In this document: in pieces, positions 30,591-40,451 of the stretch | Layout of the letters: every line of letters starts with the position of its first letter | Position numbering within the stretch: position 1 is the stretch's first letter | Assembly: GCA_016926625.1 (NCBI GenBank) | Contig: JAFGOE010000013.1 | Span: forward strand, 1,308-65,307 | Source: Candidatus Zhuqueibacterota bacterium | GTDB lineage: Bacteria; Zhuqueibacterota; Zhuqueibacteria; Thermofontimicrobiales; Thiofontviventaceae | Direction: 5' to 3' | DNA length: 64,000 bases | Notes under the pieces: generated by a model | Told to the model about the DNA's origin: nothing | Databases searched by the model: none | The model's input: the letters and a program-made list of their open reading frames with translations, nothing else | Made by a program: the position numbers and the translations under genes

Positions 30591-31523
30591 TCAAGCATCT
30601 GAGTCTATCTCACGTAAATTCGATGGAAATTCGATAATGTCACCGTCGTTTGCGGCAAGGACATGCGGATGCACCTTTGATGCCTCCTGTACATACAATT
30701 CAGTAGACAGATATCGTTGGGAATAATGAGTCAAAACGAGAGTTTTCGCATTGGCTTTAAGAGCAATAGATGCCGCCTGCGCTGCCGTCAGATGACCATA
30801 TTCGTATGCCAGGGCACTTTCTTCAGAAAGGTACGTCGATTCACACAGTAAAATATCGGAATTTTCAGCCAGGTCGATAGCAGATTGGCATTCACGGGTA
30901 TCCATAATGAACGCGCAGCACTGTCCTTTTTTAAGTTTACTCACATCATCGATAGATATTCGTCTGTCGTGTACATCGATAAACCCTGATTTCACCAGCT
31001 GCTTAATTGCATCCCCTTGCACTCCAATTTCAGCCAGTTTTAATGGCTGAAGTGTTCTTTTGTCCTGTTCCTCGATGCGATAGCCATAGCTTTCCACCGT
31101 ATGATCTAATGATTTACATTTGATTGAGATGTTAACATCTTCATAAATAGTACCGGCAGATATGAACGGTTTTAGGACGATGTGTGTTTCTTCGTGATAT
31201 ATAGCAGCGTGAAGTAAGTTATTCACGTAGGGGGTTCCGTACTCTGGAAAATATAATTCGATATCATGCTGAACACGATCCAGAGAGATCCGTTGCACGA
31301 TTCCCGCCAGTCCTAAACAGTGGTCACCGTGAAAATGGGTGATGAATATTTTTGTGATGGATGATGAAGAGATATTGTTGAAAATTAATTGTCGTTGAGA
31401 ACCTTCACCGGGATCAAATAAGAATCCCTGTCCGTCCCATCTAAGAAAATAGCCACCCTGGTTGCGCGTTCGGGTTGGTACTTGTGCGGATGTGCCGAGA
31501 ATGTGAAATCTTTTTTGCGACAT
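30591..31523 (-). CDS. rnz: Ribonuclease Z (MBL-fold tRNA 3'-processing endonuclease)
   Basis: The motifs FDPGEGSQRQ (cf. FDCGEGTQ), HFHGDHCLGL and the C-terminal HYSQRY are present. The start was set at the Met (MSQKRFHILGT) downstream of the hairpin. The ORF is open to 31586. Confidence 0.75.
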   Translation of the reverse strand: MSQKRFHILGTSAQVPTRTRNQGGYFLRWDGQGFLFDPGEGSQRQLIFNNISSSSITKIFITHFHGDHCLGLAGIVQRISLDRVQHDIELYFPEYGTPYVNNLLHAAIYHEETHIVLKPFISAGTIYEDVNISIKCKSLDHTVESYGYRIEEQDKRTLQPLKLAEIGVQGDAIKQLVKSGFIDVHDRRISIDDVSKLKKGQCCAFIMDTRECQSAIDLAENSDILLCESTYLSEESALAYEYGHLTAAQAASIALKANAKTLVLTHYSQRYLSTELYVQEASKVHPHVLAANDGDIIEFPSNLREIDSDA

Positions 31524-31550
31524 AGTATGAGATAAAATGTAATTTTTGAT

Positions 31551-31588
31551 ATGCCCCATTCTTGCACTGAGTGAAGAGTGGGGCATGT
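31551..31588 (-). other. Stem-loop (8-bp stem ATGCCCCA/TGGGGCAT, 20-nt loop) between encapsulin and rnz
   Basis: This was read directly from the sequence. It lies 13 nt after the encapsulin stop and has only a weak U-tract. Confidence 0.3.
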
Positions 31589-31600
31589 TTAGCTAGTCGA

Positions 31601-32401
31601 TTATTTTGTCTGGATATTCAAAACGACTGCAGGATCGACCGAATAGAAAGTAAATGATTCTGTAAAATACAGGCGGACTTTCTTCTGATCATGGGAGTGA
31701 AAACCGATGGACAGATCCTGGCCCAGTACGAGTTTCAAATCGCCGCCTCGCATCGAAACAAGGAATGAATCGTCGGTCGATGGGTTGATAATAACCGGTC
31801 CGCCGAGTATGCGCTCCAATTGGTTCTTCAACGGATAGCCCTTGATATAGGCGTAAATTGATTTCCATATTTGAGGATTAATGATGAGGGCGTATGGTCC
31901 TGAAATGGACGCATCAGCAAATAATGCCAGTCCGTTGCTAACTGTGGTCAGGATATCTTCGGCTTTACCCGAATACTGTAACGGTTGATGCGGTGAAACG
32001 TCTTTGATACCCTGAATCTTCCCGCTTTTAAAGCCCAGATAGATTGCTCGTTCTTCGAACAGGGCGATATTTTTAGCGGCTTTCTCCATCGCTGCTAGGT
32101 CGATATCTTCTGCGCCTCGTTCGATGTTATCGAGTTCCCACAGATCGAGTTCAAAAAAGGAACGTGTTTCGACGAGAGGTAGAATACGATGCACGCCGTA
32201 ATCAACGCCTTCGTAATCCTGTTTTTTCGGAACATCCAGTCTGCCGAGTTGAACTGCAGCGTAATCCCATCCTTTTGGCCCTTCGACGTCAACGAATTTA
32301 CGGGCTGATAGATGAGACGCTAAAATGATTTTTGCCTGGTTGTCTATTTCCTGCCATGCACTCTGAGTAATCGGTGCCAGCGAACGTTTTAATATATCCA
32401 T
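31601..32401 (-). CDS. Family 1 encapsulin shell protein (Linocin_M18 / HK97-fold nanocompartment)
   Basis: It is near-colinear with T. maritima encapsulin: LKRSLAPITQSAWQEIDNQA, RKFVDVEGPKGWDYAA, LDLWELDN, GGDLKLVLGQDLSIG and RLYFTESFTF. Confidence 0.92.
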   Translation of the reverse strand: MDILKRSLAPITQSAWQEIDNQAKIILASHLSARKFVDVEGPKGWDYAAVQLGRLDVPKKQDYEGVDYGVHRILPLVETRSFFELDLWELDNIERGAEDIDLAAMEKAAKNIALFEERAIYLGFKSGKIQGIKDVSPHQPLQYSGKAEDILTTVSNGLALFADASISGPYALIINPQIWKSIYAYIKGYPLKNQLERILGGPVIINPSTDDSFLVSMRGGDLKLVLGQDLSIGFHSHDQKKVRLYFTESFTFYSVDPAVVLNIQTK

Positions 32402-32445
32402 ATATACTACTCCTTATGGTTTAAGTGATCAATAGATTAGATAGA

Positions 32446-32796
32446 TTATTTTTTAAGACTTCCGATGCCCAGATCGCGTGCATGAGAAGACGGGGCTCCT
32501 TCCTCCGTGCCTTCCTCCAGATGCGTAATATCTCCTTCGGTGAAAAGATATGTCTTCAATTCTTCATCCCAGCCTGGCATGTTACGGCGCAGCCATTCCA
32601 GTGTCATGCATGCGTGCTCGATTTCTTCGTCACGATTATGAGCCATAATACTTTTCAGATGGTCATCGTTAGTCGCTGCAACTCGTTGGTGATACCAATT
32701 AACCGCTTCGATCTCTTCTTTTAAGCTATTCAGTGCTCGCACATAATTACGATCTTGTGCTTGTAATTCATCGACTGGTTCATGATAATCTGACAT
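32446..32796 (-). CDS. Encapsulated ferritin-like protein (EncFtn/Flp cargo) with C-terminal encapsulin targeting peptide
   Basis: The ferroxidase Glu/His motifs EEIEAVNWYHQR and DEEIEHA are present. The C-terminal DLGIGSLKK matches the family-1 cargo-loading peptide. The gene lies 44 bp upstream of the encapsulin gene on the same strand. Confidence 0.85.
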   Translation of the reverse strand: MSDYHEPVDELQAQDRNYVRALNSLKEEIEAVNWYHQRVAATNDDHLKSIMAHNRDEEIEHACMTLEWLRRNMPGWDEELKTYLFTEGDITHLEEGTEEGAPSSHARDLGIGSLKK

Positions 32797-32855
32797 CTTA
32801 CACTCCTAACATTTATATTTTATTAATTGACATAATTATTAATTAGATGATTTAG

Positions 32856-35633
32856 TTAGCGAGAAGTTTCTCGTGTTTTATAATAATGATACTTTTCAAA
32901 CTTAACGTACAGGTGAGTGATGGCGCTCATAAAGACACATATCAGCAGTTCTTTTATAGAAAGAGGTGTCACATTAAAGAATTTTGATAAGAATGGTGCA
33001 TAAATCGCCATCAGCTGCAGAACGATCGTCAGAACGATCATGATGAAAATTGCAGGATTGGTTTTAATATTAATGGAGAAGAACCTTCGTTGAAATGATC
33101 GGGAACCCAATGCCTGTCCGATTTGCATGAAGGCGAGAGAAGTAAATATTATGGTCTGCCAGGTGTTATCATTGGCCAAGTCTGTTTTGTAATAATATAA
33201 ACCCAGGGCGAGGGATAATATACCGATAAATAGTCCGATACGGATAATTTGGGCACCGACTCCATTCGCGAAGATGCTTGTATGCGGTGCTCGTGGTTTT
33301 TTTTGCATGATATTCCGCTCAGCAGGTTCCAGTCCCAGTCCGAAGCCCAGCAATCCGTCGGTCAATAGATTCAACCATAGCAATTGCAGTGGCATCAAGG
33401 CGACGCTGATCCCGAAGAACGGAGCGAGGAGCATGACAAGCACTTTGCCGATATTTCCGGCAATTGAGAATTTGATAAAGCGGACGATATTGTCGAAAAT
33501 AGTACGTCCCTCTTCGACCGCGGCAACGATGCTAGAGAAATTATCATCCAATAGCACCATATCGGAGGCTTGCTTTGCCACATCAGTACCACTTATCCCC
33601 ATAGCGATGCCGATGTCGGCTTTTTTCAAGGCGGGCGAATCATTGACGCCATCTCCCGTCATGGCAACGATTTCTCCCAAATCTTTCAGTGCATCGACGA
33701 TTCTCAACTTATGCTCGGGAGACACGCGGGCGAAAATAGAGACATGGCTTATCGCTTGTTTAAGTTCGGATTCTGACATAAGATTGAGTTGCTGACCGGT
33801 AATTATGTCTGCATTTGTTGTTATTCCAAGATCATAGGCGATAAATCGTGCTGTCAAGGGATGGTCTCCTGTGATCATAATCGGGCGAATTCCGGCAGTT
33901 TTACATGTCTGGACAGCCTGCTTGACTTCAGGACGTGGTGGATCAATCATACCAAATAATCCCACGAAAATTAAATTACTCTCCAGCTTTCTCAATTCAT
34001 ACTTATTCGGAACATCGTTAAGTAATTTGCATGCGATGCCCAGTACTCGCATCCCGTCCTGAGCTAATTTATCGTGGGCATCGTCGATCCGTTGCCGCCA
34101 TTTTTCGGTGATGGGTTCGATGTGTTCATTGATCATGATATGAGTGGCATTTTCGAGGAGATTGGCACTGGCTCCTTTTGTTATGGATATGTATTGGGTG
34201 TCCAGGATTTTAAATCGATCAATCAAATTTTTCAGACTGTCAGGCATATCATGAGTTCCATCAGTGGACGCATCGAATCGATGAACTGTGGTCATACACT
34301 TGCGATCTGAATCAAATGGTAATTCCGCGATTCTGGGGAATGAACCTCGTATCGCTTCAATCTGAAAACCTGCATTCGATGCGGCAATCAATAAAGCTCC
34401 TTCGGTTGGATCGCCGATGGTTTTATGCAGATTGGAGTCGGGTTGGTATTTCAAAGAAGCATCGTTACAGAGCACGCCACCTGTTAAAGCGACGCACAAT
34501 GCAATCGGTTTTTTCAGGAAATCGAAACTATCACAGACATCGATCGAATGATTGACAGAAAAGTGTTTTTTCAGCTCTTCGATCTCAGTCATATGGTCGG
34601 CCACATCGACGAACATCAGGGTCATCTTATTTTCAGTGAGTGTGCCGGTTTTATCTGAACAGATAACGGTAACCGACCCGAGGGTCTCGACTGCATGAAG
34701 TTTACGTATCAGTGAATTTCTGCGTAACATTCTCTGAGCACCGAGAGCGAGAGTGACTGTCATAACTGCTGGCAAACCCTCGGGGACCACGGCGACTGCG
34801 ACGCTGACCGCGGTTAAAAACATATCGCTTACACCGACGCCGTACAAAATCCCAATGATCATAATGACGATGGACACGATGATGCCGCACAGAGCAAGCG
34901 TTTTACCGACCTGGTCCAGTCTCTCCTGCAGAGGCGTGGTTTCTGACTGTACTCCCTGGATGAGACTGGCGATCTTACCCAATTCAGTCTTCATGCCTGT
35001 AGCCACAACGACTCCCTGGCCGCGTCCGTACGAAACAATGGTGCCCATATAGGCCAGATTGTGACGATCGCCCAGTGGAATGTCCTTGTTTTCGATAACA
35101 TGGATCTCTTTATCCACGGATTCGGATTCGCCGGTGAGTGCCGACTCCTGGATCCGGAGATTATTTGCCTCTATTAATCTCAGATCCGCTGGTACTATAT
35201 TTCCTGATTCAAGGTAGACGATGTCACCTGGTACCAGATGTTTTGTTAAAATTTCTATGATCTCATCGTCGCGCTTAACACGGATTAAGGGGACTGTCAT
35301 ATTGCGCAAAGCTGCCATAGCGCGTTCTGCTCTATATTCCTGGATGAATCCCAGGATAGCGAATAAGATCACGATCGCCATGATCGCGCTGGTTTCAGTG
35401 ATTTTCCCTAATACGCCCGATATAACGGCAGCTATGATTAAAATGATAACGAGGAGGCTGGTAAACTGAGAGAGCAGAATTCTCCAGGCTTTACGTTTAC
35501 CCTGCTCAATTAGTTCATTTGGCCCATAGTGGTCGAGCCTTACTCTGGCTTCGAGTGAAGACAAACCTTCTCTGGGATTGACCTGCAAATTGCTGCAAAT
35601 AAAATCGATCTGCTGCGTGTGCCATGTTTGCAT
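32856..35633 (-). CDS. Cation-transporting P-type ATPase (P2-type, Ca2+/Mg2+-like)
   Basis: The motifs are the phosphorylation site ICSDKTGTLT, TGES, MITGDHPLTA and GDGVNDSPALKKADIGIAMG. There are 10 TM helices. Confidence 0.85.
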   Translation of the reverse strand: MQTWHTQQIDFICSNLQVNPREGLSSLEARVRLDHYGPNELIEQGKRKAWRILLSQFTSLLVIILIIAAVISGVLGKITETSAIMAIVILFAILGFIQEYRAERAMAALRNMTVPLIRVKRDDEIIEILTKHLVPGDIVYLESGNIVPADLRLIEANNLRIQESALTGESESVDKEIHVIENKDIPLGDRHNLAYMGTIVSYGRGQGVVVATGMKTELGKIASLIQGVQSETTPLQERLDQVGKTLALCGIIVSIVIMIIGILYGVGVSDMFLTAVSVAVAVVPEGLPAVMTVTLALGAQRMLRRNSLIRKLHAVETLGSVTVICSDKTGTLTENKMTLMFVDVADHMTEIEELKKHFSVNHSIDVCDSFDFLKKPIALCVALTGGVLCNDASLKYQPDSNLHKTIGDPTEGALLIAASNAGFQIEAIRGSFPRIAELPFDSDRKCMTTVHRFDASTDGTHDMPDSLKNLIDRFKILDTQYISITKGASANLLENATHIMINEHIEPITEKWRQRIDDAHDKLAQDGMRVLGIACKLLNDVPNKYELRKLESNLIFVGLFGMIDPPRPEVKQAVQTCKTAGIRPIMITGDHPLTARFIAYDLGITTNADIITGQQLNLMSESELKQAISHVSIFARVSPEHKLRIVDALKDLGEIVAMTGDGVNDSPALKKADIGIAMGISGTDVAKQASDMVLLDDNFSSIVAAVEEGRTIFDNIVRFIKFSIAGNIGKVLVMLLAPFFGISVALMPLQLLWLNLLTDGLLGFGLGLEPAERNIMQKKPRAPHTSIFANGVGAQIIRIGLFIGILSLALGLYYYKTDLANDNTWQTIIFTSLAFMQIGQALGSRSFQRRFFSINIKTNPAIFIMIVLTIVLQLMAIYAPFLSKFFNVTPLSIKELLICVFMSAITHLYVKFEKYHYYKTRETSR

Positions 35634-35859
35634 ATCCCTTAGTTTTAACCTCCTGAAATTGATTCTACATCACTCGATTGTTACGATCAACTGATGAACG
35701 TCAACAGATATTTTTCATGTGGACGAGTTCATTAGCCTATTATAACGACCAAGCAAGAAATTGTATACATTAAATAACGGAATTATAGATTCAATGTACA
35801 GCATTAAATGTAAACTAAATTTAGTTAAATGTCAATAGAAAATAGAAAGAAAATAGGTT

Positions 35860-36429
35860 CTATCCTTTGGAAAAGATGATATGAACTGAAAAATGTCCAT
35901 CGCTTTCGAGGATCGAATGAATATGGATATCGGATAACATTTGTTGAATTTTTCGGGGTGAATGAAAATGACTACGCATCAGAGCTAATTTCTCGAGTAT
36001 TGCCACAATTTTAACAGAAAATTTATTGATATCGGGCTCTTCGATTACAGCCAGACCACCGGGTTTTAAGACTCTCACCAGATCCTGAAGTGCTTTTTTT
36101 TGATCACAAAAATGATGAAATGCATCGACAACCAAGATTCTGTCGAATGTATCATCCGGGAATGGCAGTGTTTCAACATGGGAATTAATAGAGATAAGGT
36201 CTCCTTTTGTCGAAGCTTGCTTCAACATGGCCAGTGAGATATCTGTTATGAAGATCGTACGAACCAAATTTCTGAATTGTTGTGATACGCGACCTGTGCC
36301 ACCACCAGCATCCAGTAATATGCCTTCCACTGGTAATTTTAGTACGTGTTGGAGTCGTGAAGCATCATGCTTACCGATCACCTTGTCGTACACAGCCGCA
36401 ACAATGTCGAAATGGTCTAACATATTCAA
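35860..36429 (-). CDS. Class I SAM-dependent methyltransferase (Methyltransf_11-like)
   Basis: Motif I reads ILLDAGGGTGRVS. The acidic post-I loop and motif II are present. Confidence 0.7.
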   Translation of the reverse strand: MNMLDHFDIVAAVYDKVIGKHDASRLQHVLKLPVEGILLDAGGGTGRVSQQFRNLVRTIFITDISLAMLKQASTKGDLISINSHVETLPFPDDTFDRILVVDAFHHFCDQKKALQDLVRVLKPGGLAVIEEPDINKFSVKIVAILEKLALMRSHFHSPRKIQQMLSDIHIHSILESDGHFSVHIIFSKG

Positions 36430-36566
36430 TCCCTGTTATTAACTGATTCCACTACTGTCTTTGCCAGGGTATCATTGATAAATTGCAAGAGCGATTTATC
36501 CTTTTTTTATGTCTTGATGAAGTCAGATTTACAGATATCCGTGCGTAAAATGAGAAGTCTAAAGCA

Positions 36567-36616
36567 GTTGATGAGCCTTTCGCAACGTTTCTTTTATAAG
36601 AAGTGAGCTCATCAAC
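36567..36616. other. 10-bp perfect inverted repeat (GTTGATGAGC ... GCTCATCAAC) with 30-nt loop in the long intergenic region
   Basis: This was read directly from the sequence. Confidence 0.3.
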
Positions 36617-37186
36617 CGAGCTATCACTTATTAGCACCGTTTATTATTGCGATATGATCTACTGATTATACAACATTAAAACTGTATTGTCAATTAAAAA
36701 GAATATCCGGAGGTGACATTTTCATGAGATCGTTGTCATTTTTGTCATACAGGGTTTGTACACCGAGTTTTTAGTTTTATGATGATCGAGGATGCAATAG
36801 AATGTAATGCACAGATACCAGGCCTGAAGTGAGATGATCGATTGATGTTGAAAAAACAGAGAAAATATTAGAATAGTGCATGATTTATCCATGTGTATCT
36901 ATTTTCCAGTATTTTTTTTCAGCCTCCGATTAGCTCCGCTTGACAGTATTTCGAGTTATGTTTTGTCAAAATTTCAAACTGTATTTTATGGGATGTTTTG
37001 TTCGATGAGCAGGGAAATAAATTTTTTTAAAAAAATATTGCAATATTTGAATGATATCACTATTTTAAATTCTTATTCATCTAGGAATTTACTCGCGACA
37101 TTTCATCTTATTATACAATATAACGCAGCAATTGAACTTTGCAATGACATCAATTATTGACCAGAATATAATAGGGGAGTCGATGG

Positions 37187-39403
37187 ATGGAATTTTATAT
37201 CTTCATATTAGTGATTTTAGGAGCAACTGCTATTTCTGATCTTATCATTGGTGTATCCAATGATGCGGTAAATTTTTTAAATTCCGCGATAGGAGCAAAA
37301 GCAGCGTCCAGGAAAGTCATCATGATCGTTGCTGCAATTGGTGTACTATTTGGAACGACGTTCTCCAGCGGTATGATGGAAGTTGCAAGAAAAGGTATTT
37401 TCAATCCCGAGTTTTTTGTAATGCATGAAGTAATGATCATATTTCTAGCAGTCATGCTCGGAGATATCCTTTTACTCGATCTGTACAACACATTTGGTCT
37501 GCCAACATCGACGACGGTCTCTATTGTGTTTGAAATCTTCGGTGGTGCTGTGGCTGTTGCTTTGCTGAAAATACATACCAACGGTGAGAACTTTTCGAAT
37601 GTCTTTAATTATATCAATACAAAGAACGTTATTCTAATCATTGCAGGTATTGGATTATCTATTGTTTTTGCATTTATCTTTGGAGTATTCATCCAATTTA
37701 TTACACGCTTGATCTTTACCTTTAACTATGAGAAATTATTTAAACGCATCGGATCAGTTTACTGTTCTATAGCCCTGACAGCTATCACTTACTTCATCCT
37801 CGTTAAGGGTGCAAAAGGATCAACCCTGATCAATGAAGCAAATGCAGAGTTTTTAAAAAATAATCTTTGGCAGATCTTATTATTCAGTCTCATCGTCTGG
37901 ACGGTGATCTGGCAGCTTATACTGAGTTTTACCAGAATCAATGTGCTAAAAATTATAGTCTTGATCGGAACATTCGCACTTGCACTGGCTTTTGCAGCGA
38001 ATGACCTGGTGAATTTCATCGGGGCTCCTCTTGGTGCATTAGCCGCATATAGAAATGGTGTTGCCATTGGCGGAGATCCGTATACGATGACGATGGAATC
38101 GCTAAAAAATCCGGTTCGTGCCAATACTCTGATTTTATTGACTGCAGGTATAATCATGGTTGTCACGTTGTGGCGTTCTAAGAAAGCACAAGGTGTCACG
38201 AAGACAACTATCGACTTGGGGAGGCAGTACGAGGGAGTCGAACGATTTGAATCCATAGCACTCGCTCGCGGCATCGTGCGGATGGTGTTGTCATTAGCGG
38301 ATATTATGCAAAAAATCATTCCTCAATCAGTCAGAAACTTCGTAAATGAACGAATAGATCCGAAAAAAATACAGCCGAAACCTGCTGCCGACGGTGAAGT
38401 ACCAGCATTCGATATGCTTCGCGCCGCGGTGAATCTCATGGTCGCCAGTGCTCTCGTCTCGTTTGGTACATCATTGAAATTGCCGTTATCTACGACATTT
38501 GTTACCTTTATGGTCTCTATGTCCACATCACTGGCGGATAAATCATGGGGTCGGGAAAGTGCAGTCTACCGGGTTACCGGTGTATTAACAGTCCTCGGTG
38601 GGTGGTTCTTCACGGCTTTTATGGCGTTTACATCTTGTTTCTTATTTACAATGTTTATTATGCATTTTAAATTAGTCGCCATCATTATTCTTGTTTTCTT
38701 TGCCGGTTACTTTTTTATTCGTACAACCAAGTTTCACAAGGAACGAGAAGATGTTCTACAACGAAAAGAGAGCAAATTAATGTTGCACGGTGATCAGGCT
38801 GATTACGAATCGAAGATAGCAAGCTCTATCGGAAAGTATATCGAAGATGTAACCGATGTCGTTGAGAGGTGTTACGAAGGTCTGTTAATGGATTCACGTA
38901 AAAAACTGAGAAATCTCAAGAAAGAGATCAAGAATATTGATTCGGATCGTGAGAGAATCATTGGTGATATTTTTCTTAGTATATCGAATGCCGAGGAAGA
39001 GAGGGAGGAAGCTCCGATTTACGCCAAGAAAATTGGTGCGATGCAAGTCATCGCCAGTAATTTAAGAAATTTAGTCATGAATAATTTAAATCACATCGAA
39101 AATAATCATCGTGTTCCTACCCATGAGCAAGCTGAAGAGATGAAAATAGTGAGTAAAGATTTCAGAAAATTTATGAATGAAATCTCTGAATGCCTTTTCA
39201 GTCGAGAATTTAAAAAACAGAAGCAGCTTTCCAAATCGCTATCCAATTTTAGAAATAATATTGCTAAATTAAATAAAAACCAGATGAAACGAATCAAGAA
39301 AAAGCAGACTGGATCCAGACAGAGTCTGTTGTTCGTGAATGATCTTACCCAAATCGAGAGAATCGCAGAACAATCTTATGAATTATTCAAATTACATAGT
39401 TGA
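37187..39403 (+). CDS. Inorganic phosphate transporter (PiT family) fused to a C-terminal PhoU-like/DUF47-like cytoplasmic domain
   Basis: Two GxSNDAVN / AANDLVN repeats are the PiT signature. The last 230 aa or so form charged helical repeats that resemble the PhoU-like accessory protein usually encoded separately. Confidence 0.7.
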   Translation: MEFYIFILVILGATAISDLIIGVSNDAVNFLNSAIGAKAASRKVIMIVAAIGVLFGTTFSSGMMEVARKGIFNPEFFVMHEVMIIFLAVMLGDILLLDLYNTFGLPTSTTVSIVFEIFGGAVAVALLKIHTNGENFSNVFNYINTKNVILIIAGIGLSIVFAFIFGVFIQFITRLIFTFNYEKLFKRIGSVYCSIALTAITYFILVKGAKGSTLINEANAEFLKNNLWQILLFSLIVWTVIWQLILSFTRINVLKIIVLIGTFALALAFAANDLVNFIGAPLGALAAYRNGVAIGGDPYTMTMESLKNPVRANTLILLTAGIIMVVTLWRSKKAQGVTKTTIDLGRQYEGVERFESIALARGIVRMVLSLADIMQKIIPQSVRNFVNERIDPKKIQPKPAADGEVPAFDMLRAAVNLMVASALVSFGTSLKLPLSTTFVTFMVSMSTSLADKSWGRESAVYRVTGVLTVLGGWFFTAFMAFTSCFLFTMFIMHFKLVAIIILVFFAGYFFIRTTKFHKEREDVLQRKESKLMLHGDQADYESKIASSIGKYIEDVTDVVERCYEGLLMDSRKKLRNLKKEIKNIDSDRERIIGDIFLSISNAEEEREEAPIYAKKIGAMQVIASNLRNLVMNNLNHIENNHRVPTHEQAEEMKIVSKDFRKFMNEISECLFSREFKKQKQLSKSLSNFRNNIAKLNKNQMKRIKKKQTGSRQSLLFVNDLTQIERIAEQSYELFKLHS

Positions 39404-39563
39404 ATTTCTTGGAAACAATAGTTATTATTCTAAGTGATATGGTGAGATTTTAGAAAAATAGTTAAAGACTTACGCGTTGCAGCAGGGCGCAGCGAAAAGC
39501 TGGCAGATGTTTTATTAAAAGGTGAGTGTAGATTGTGCCAGAAATAAAATAAGGATTAGTTCG

Positions 39564-40451
39564 ATGAAGCGTATAATTTTATGGGTCATTTGTATGATCA
39601 TATCAAAGCTCGTCTATGCTCAACCGCAATATATAACTACCATTCAGCCGTTTAAGATGATCATGATTGAACTGATAGGTGAAACAGGCACGGTAGATTG
39701 TATATTACCCCCCGGCGCTTCACCGCACACATACGAATTACGTCCTTCGGATGTCAAGAAAATCGCGAACGCCACGGCACTGGTAATGGGGGGGAGGCAT
39801 CTTGATGATTGGGCTTATTCATTGCAAGTCCGCAATCGAATCGAATTGATGCACTATGTACCCAAAGAACTATTCTTACCAGTGCTCCAAAGAGCAGACG
39901 AACATCATTCAGATAGTCCGCATGACCATGACCACGGCGATATGGATCCGCATTTTTGGACTGATCCTCTGATAGTCAAGCGGATGATTCCTGGGCTGCT
40001 GTCCAGACTTATAGAGATCGATCCTGATCATGCGAACGTGTACACCATGAATGCGAGGCGATTCGAAAACGAGCTCGATCGATTGATCGACGAACTTCTT
40101 CACCTATTTGAATTAAGTGGGAGGAAGCCAGTCATACTGTCCCATCCGTTCTTCCAGTATTTTCTGAACCGTTTTAAAATCGATCTGATCGATGTCATCG
40201 AAAAAGTGCCTGGCAAAGATCCAACTCCCAGAGAATTAAGCAAGATGATTCGGAGCGCTGAAAAAGGACAAAATAGTATTATCCTGACTCATCCGCAATT
40301 ACCTGATCGGTCAGCCCGTATCATCGCCGAATCACTGAATGCAGAACTCCTGGAATTGGATCCTTTGGGGGGACGTCCTCATCGGACGTCTTATTTTGAA
40401 TTGATCGAGTATAATGCAAGATTATTGTCAGAGGCTTTTAAAAGTGAATAA
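39564..40451 (+). CDS. znuA: Metal (Zn2+/Mn2+) ABC transporter substrate-binding protein, ZnuA/TroA-like
   Basis: A signal peptide is present. A His/Asp-rich loop EHHSDSPHDHDHGDMDPH is typical of ZnuA. A permease and an ATPase follow. Confidence 0.75.
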   Translation: MKRIILWVICMIISKLVYAQPQYITTIQPFKMIMIELIGETGTVDCILPPGASPHTYELRPSDVKKIANATALVMGGRHLDDWAYSLQVRNRIELMHYVPKELFLPVLQRADEHHSDSPHDHDHGDMDPHFWTDPLIVKRMIPGLLSRLIEIDPDHANVYTMNARRFENELDRLIDELLHLFELSGRKPVILSHPFFQYFLNRFKIDLIDVIEKVPGKDPTPRELSKMIRSAEKGQNSIILTHPQLPDRSARIIAESLNAELLELDPLGGRPHRTSYFELIEYNARLLSEAFKSE

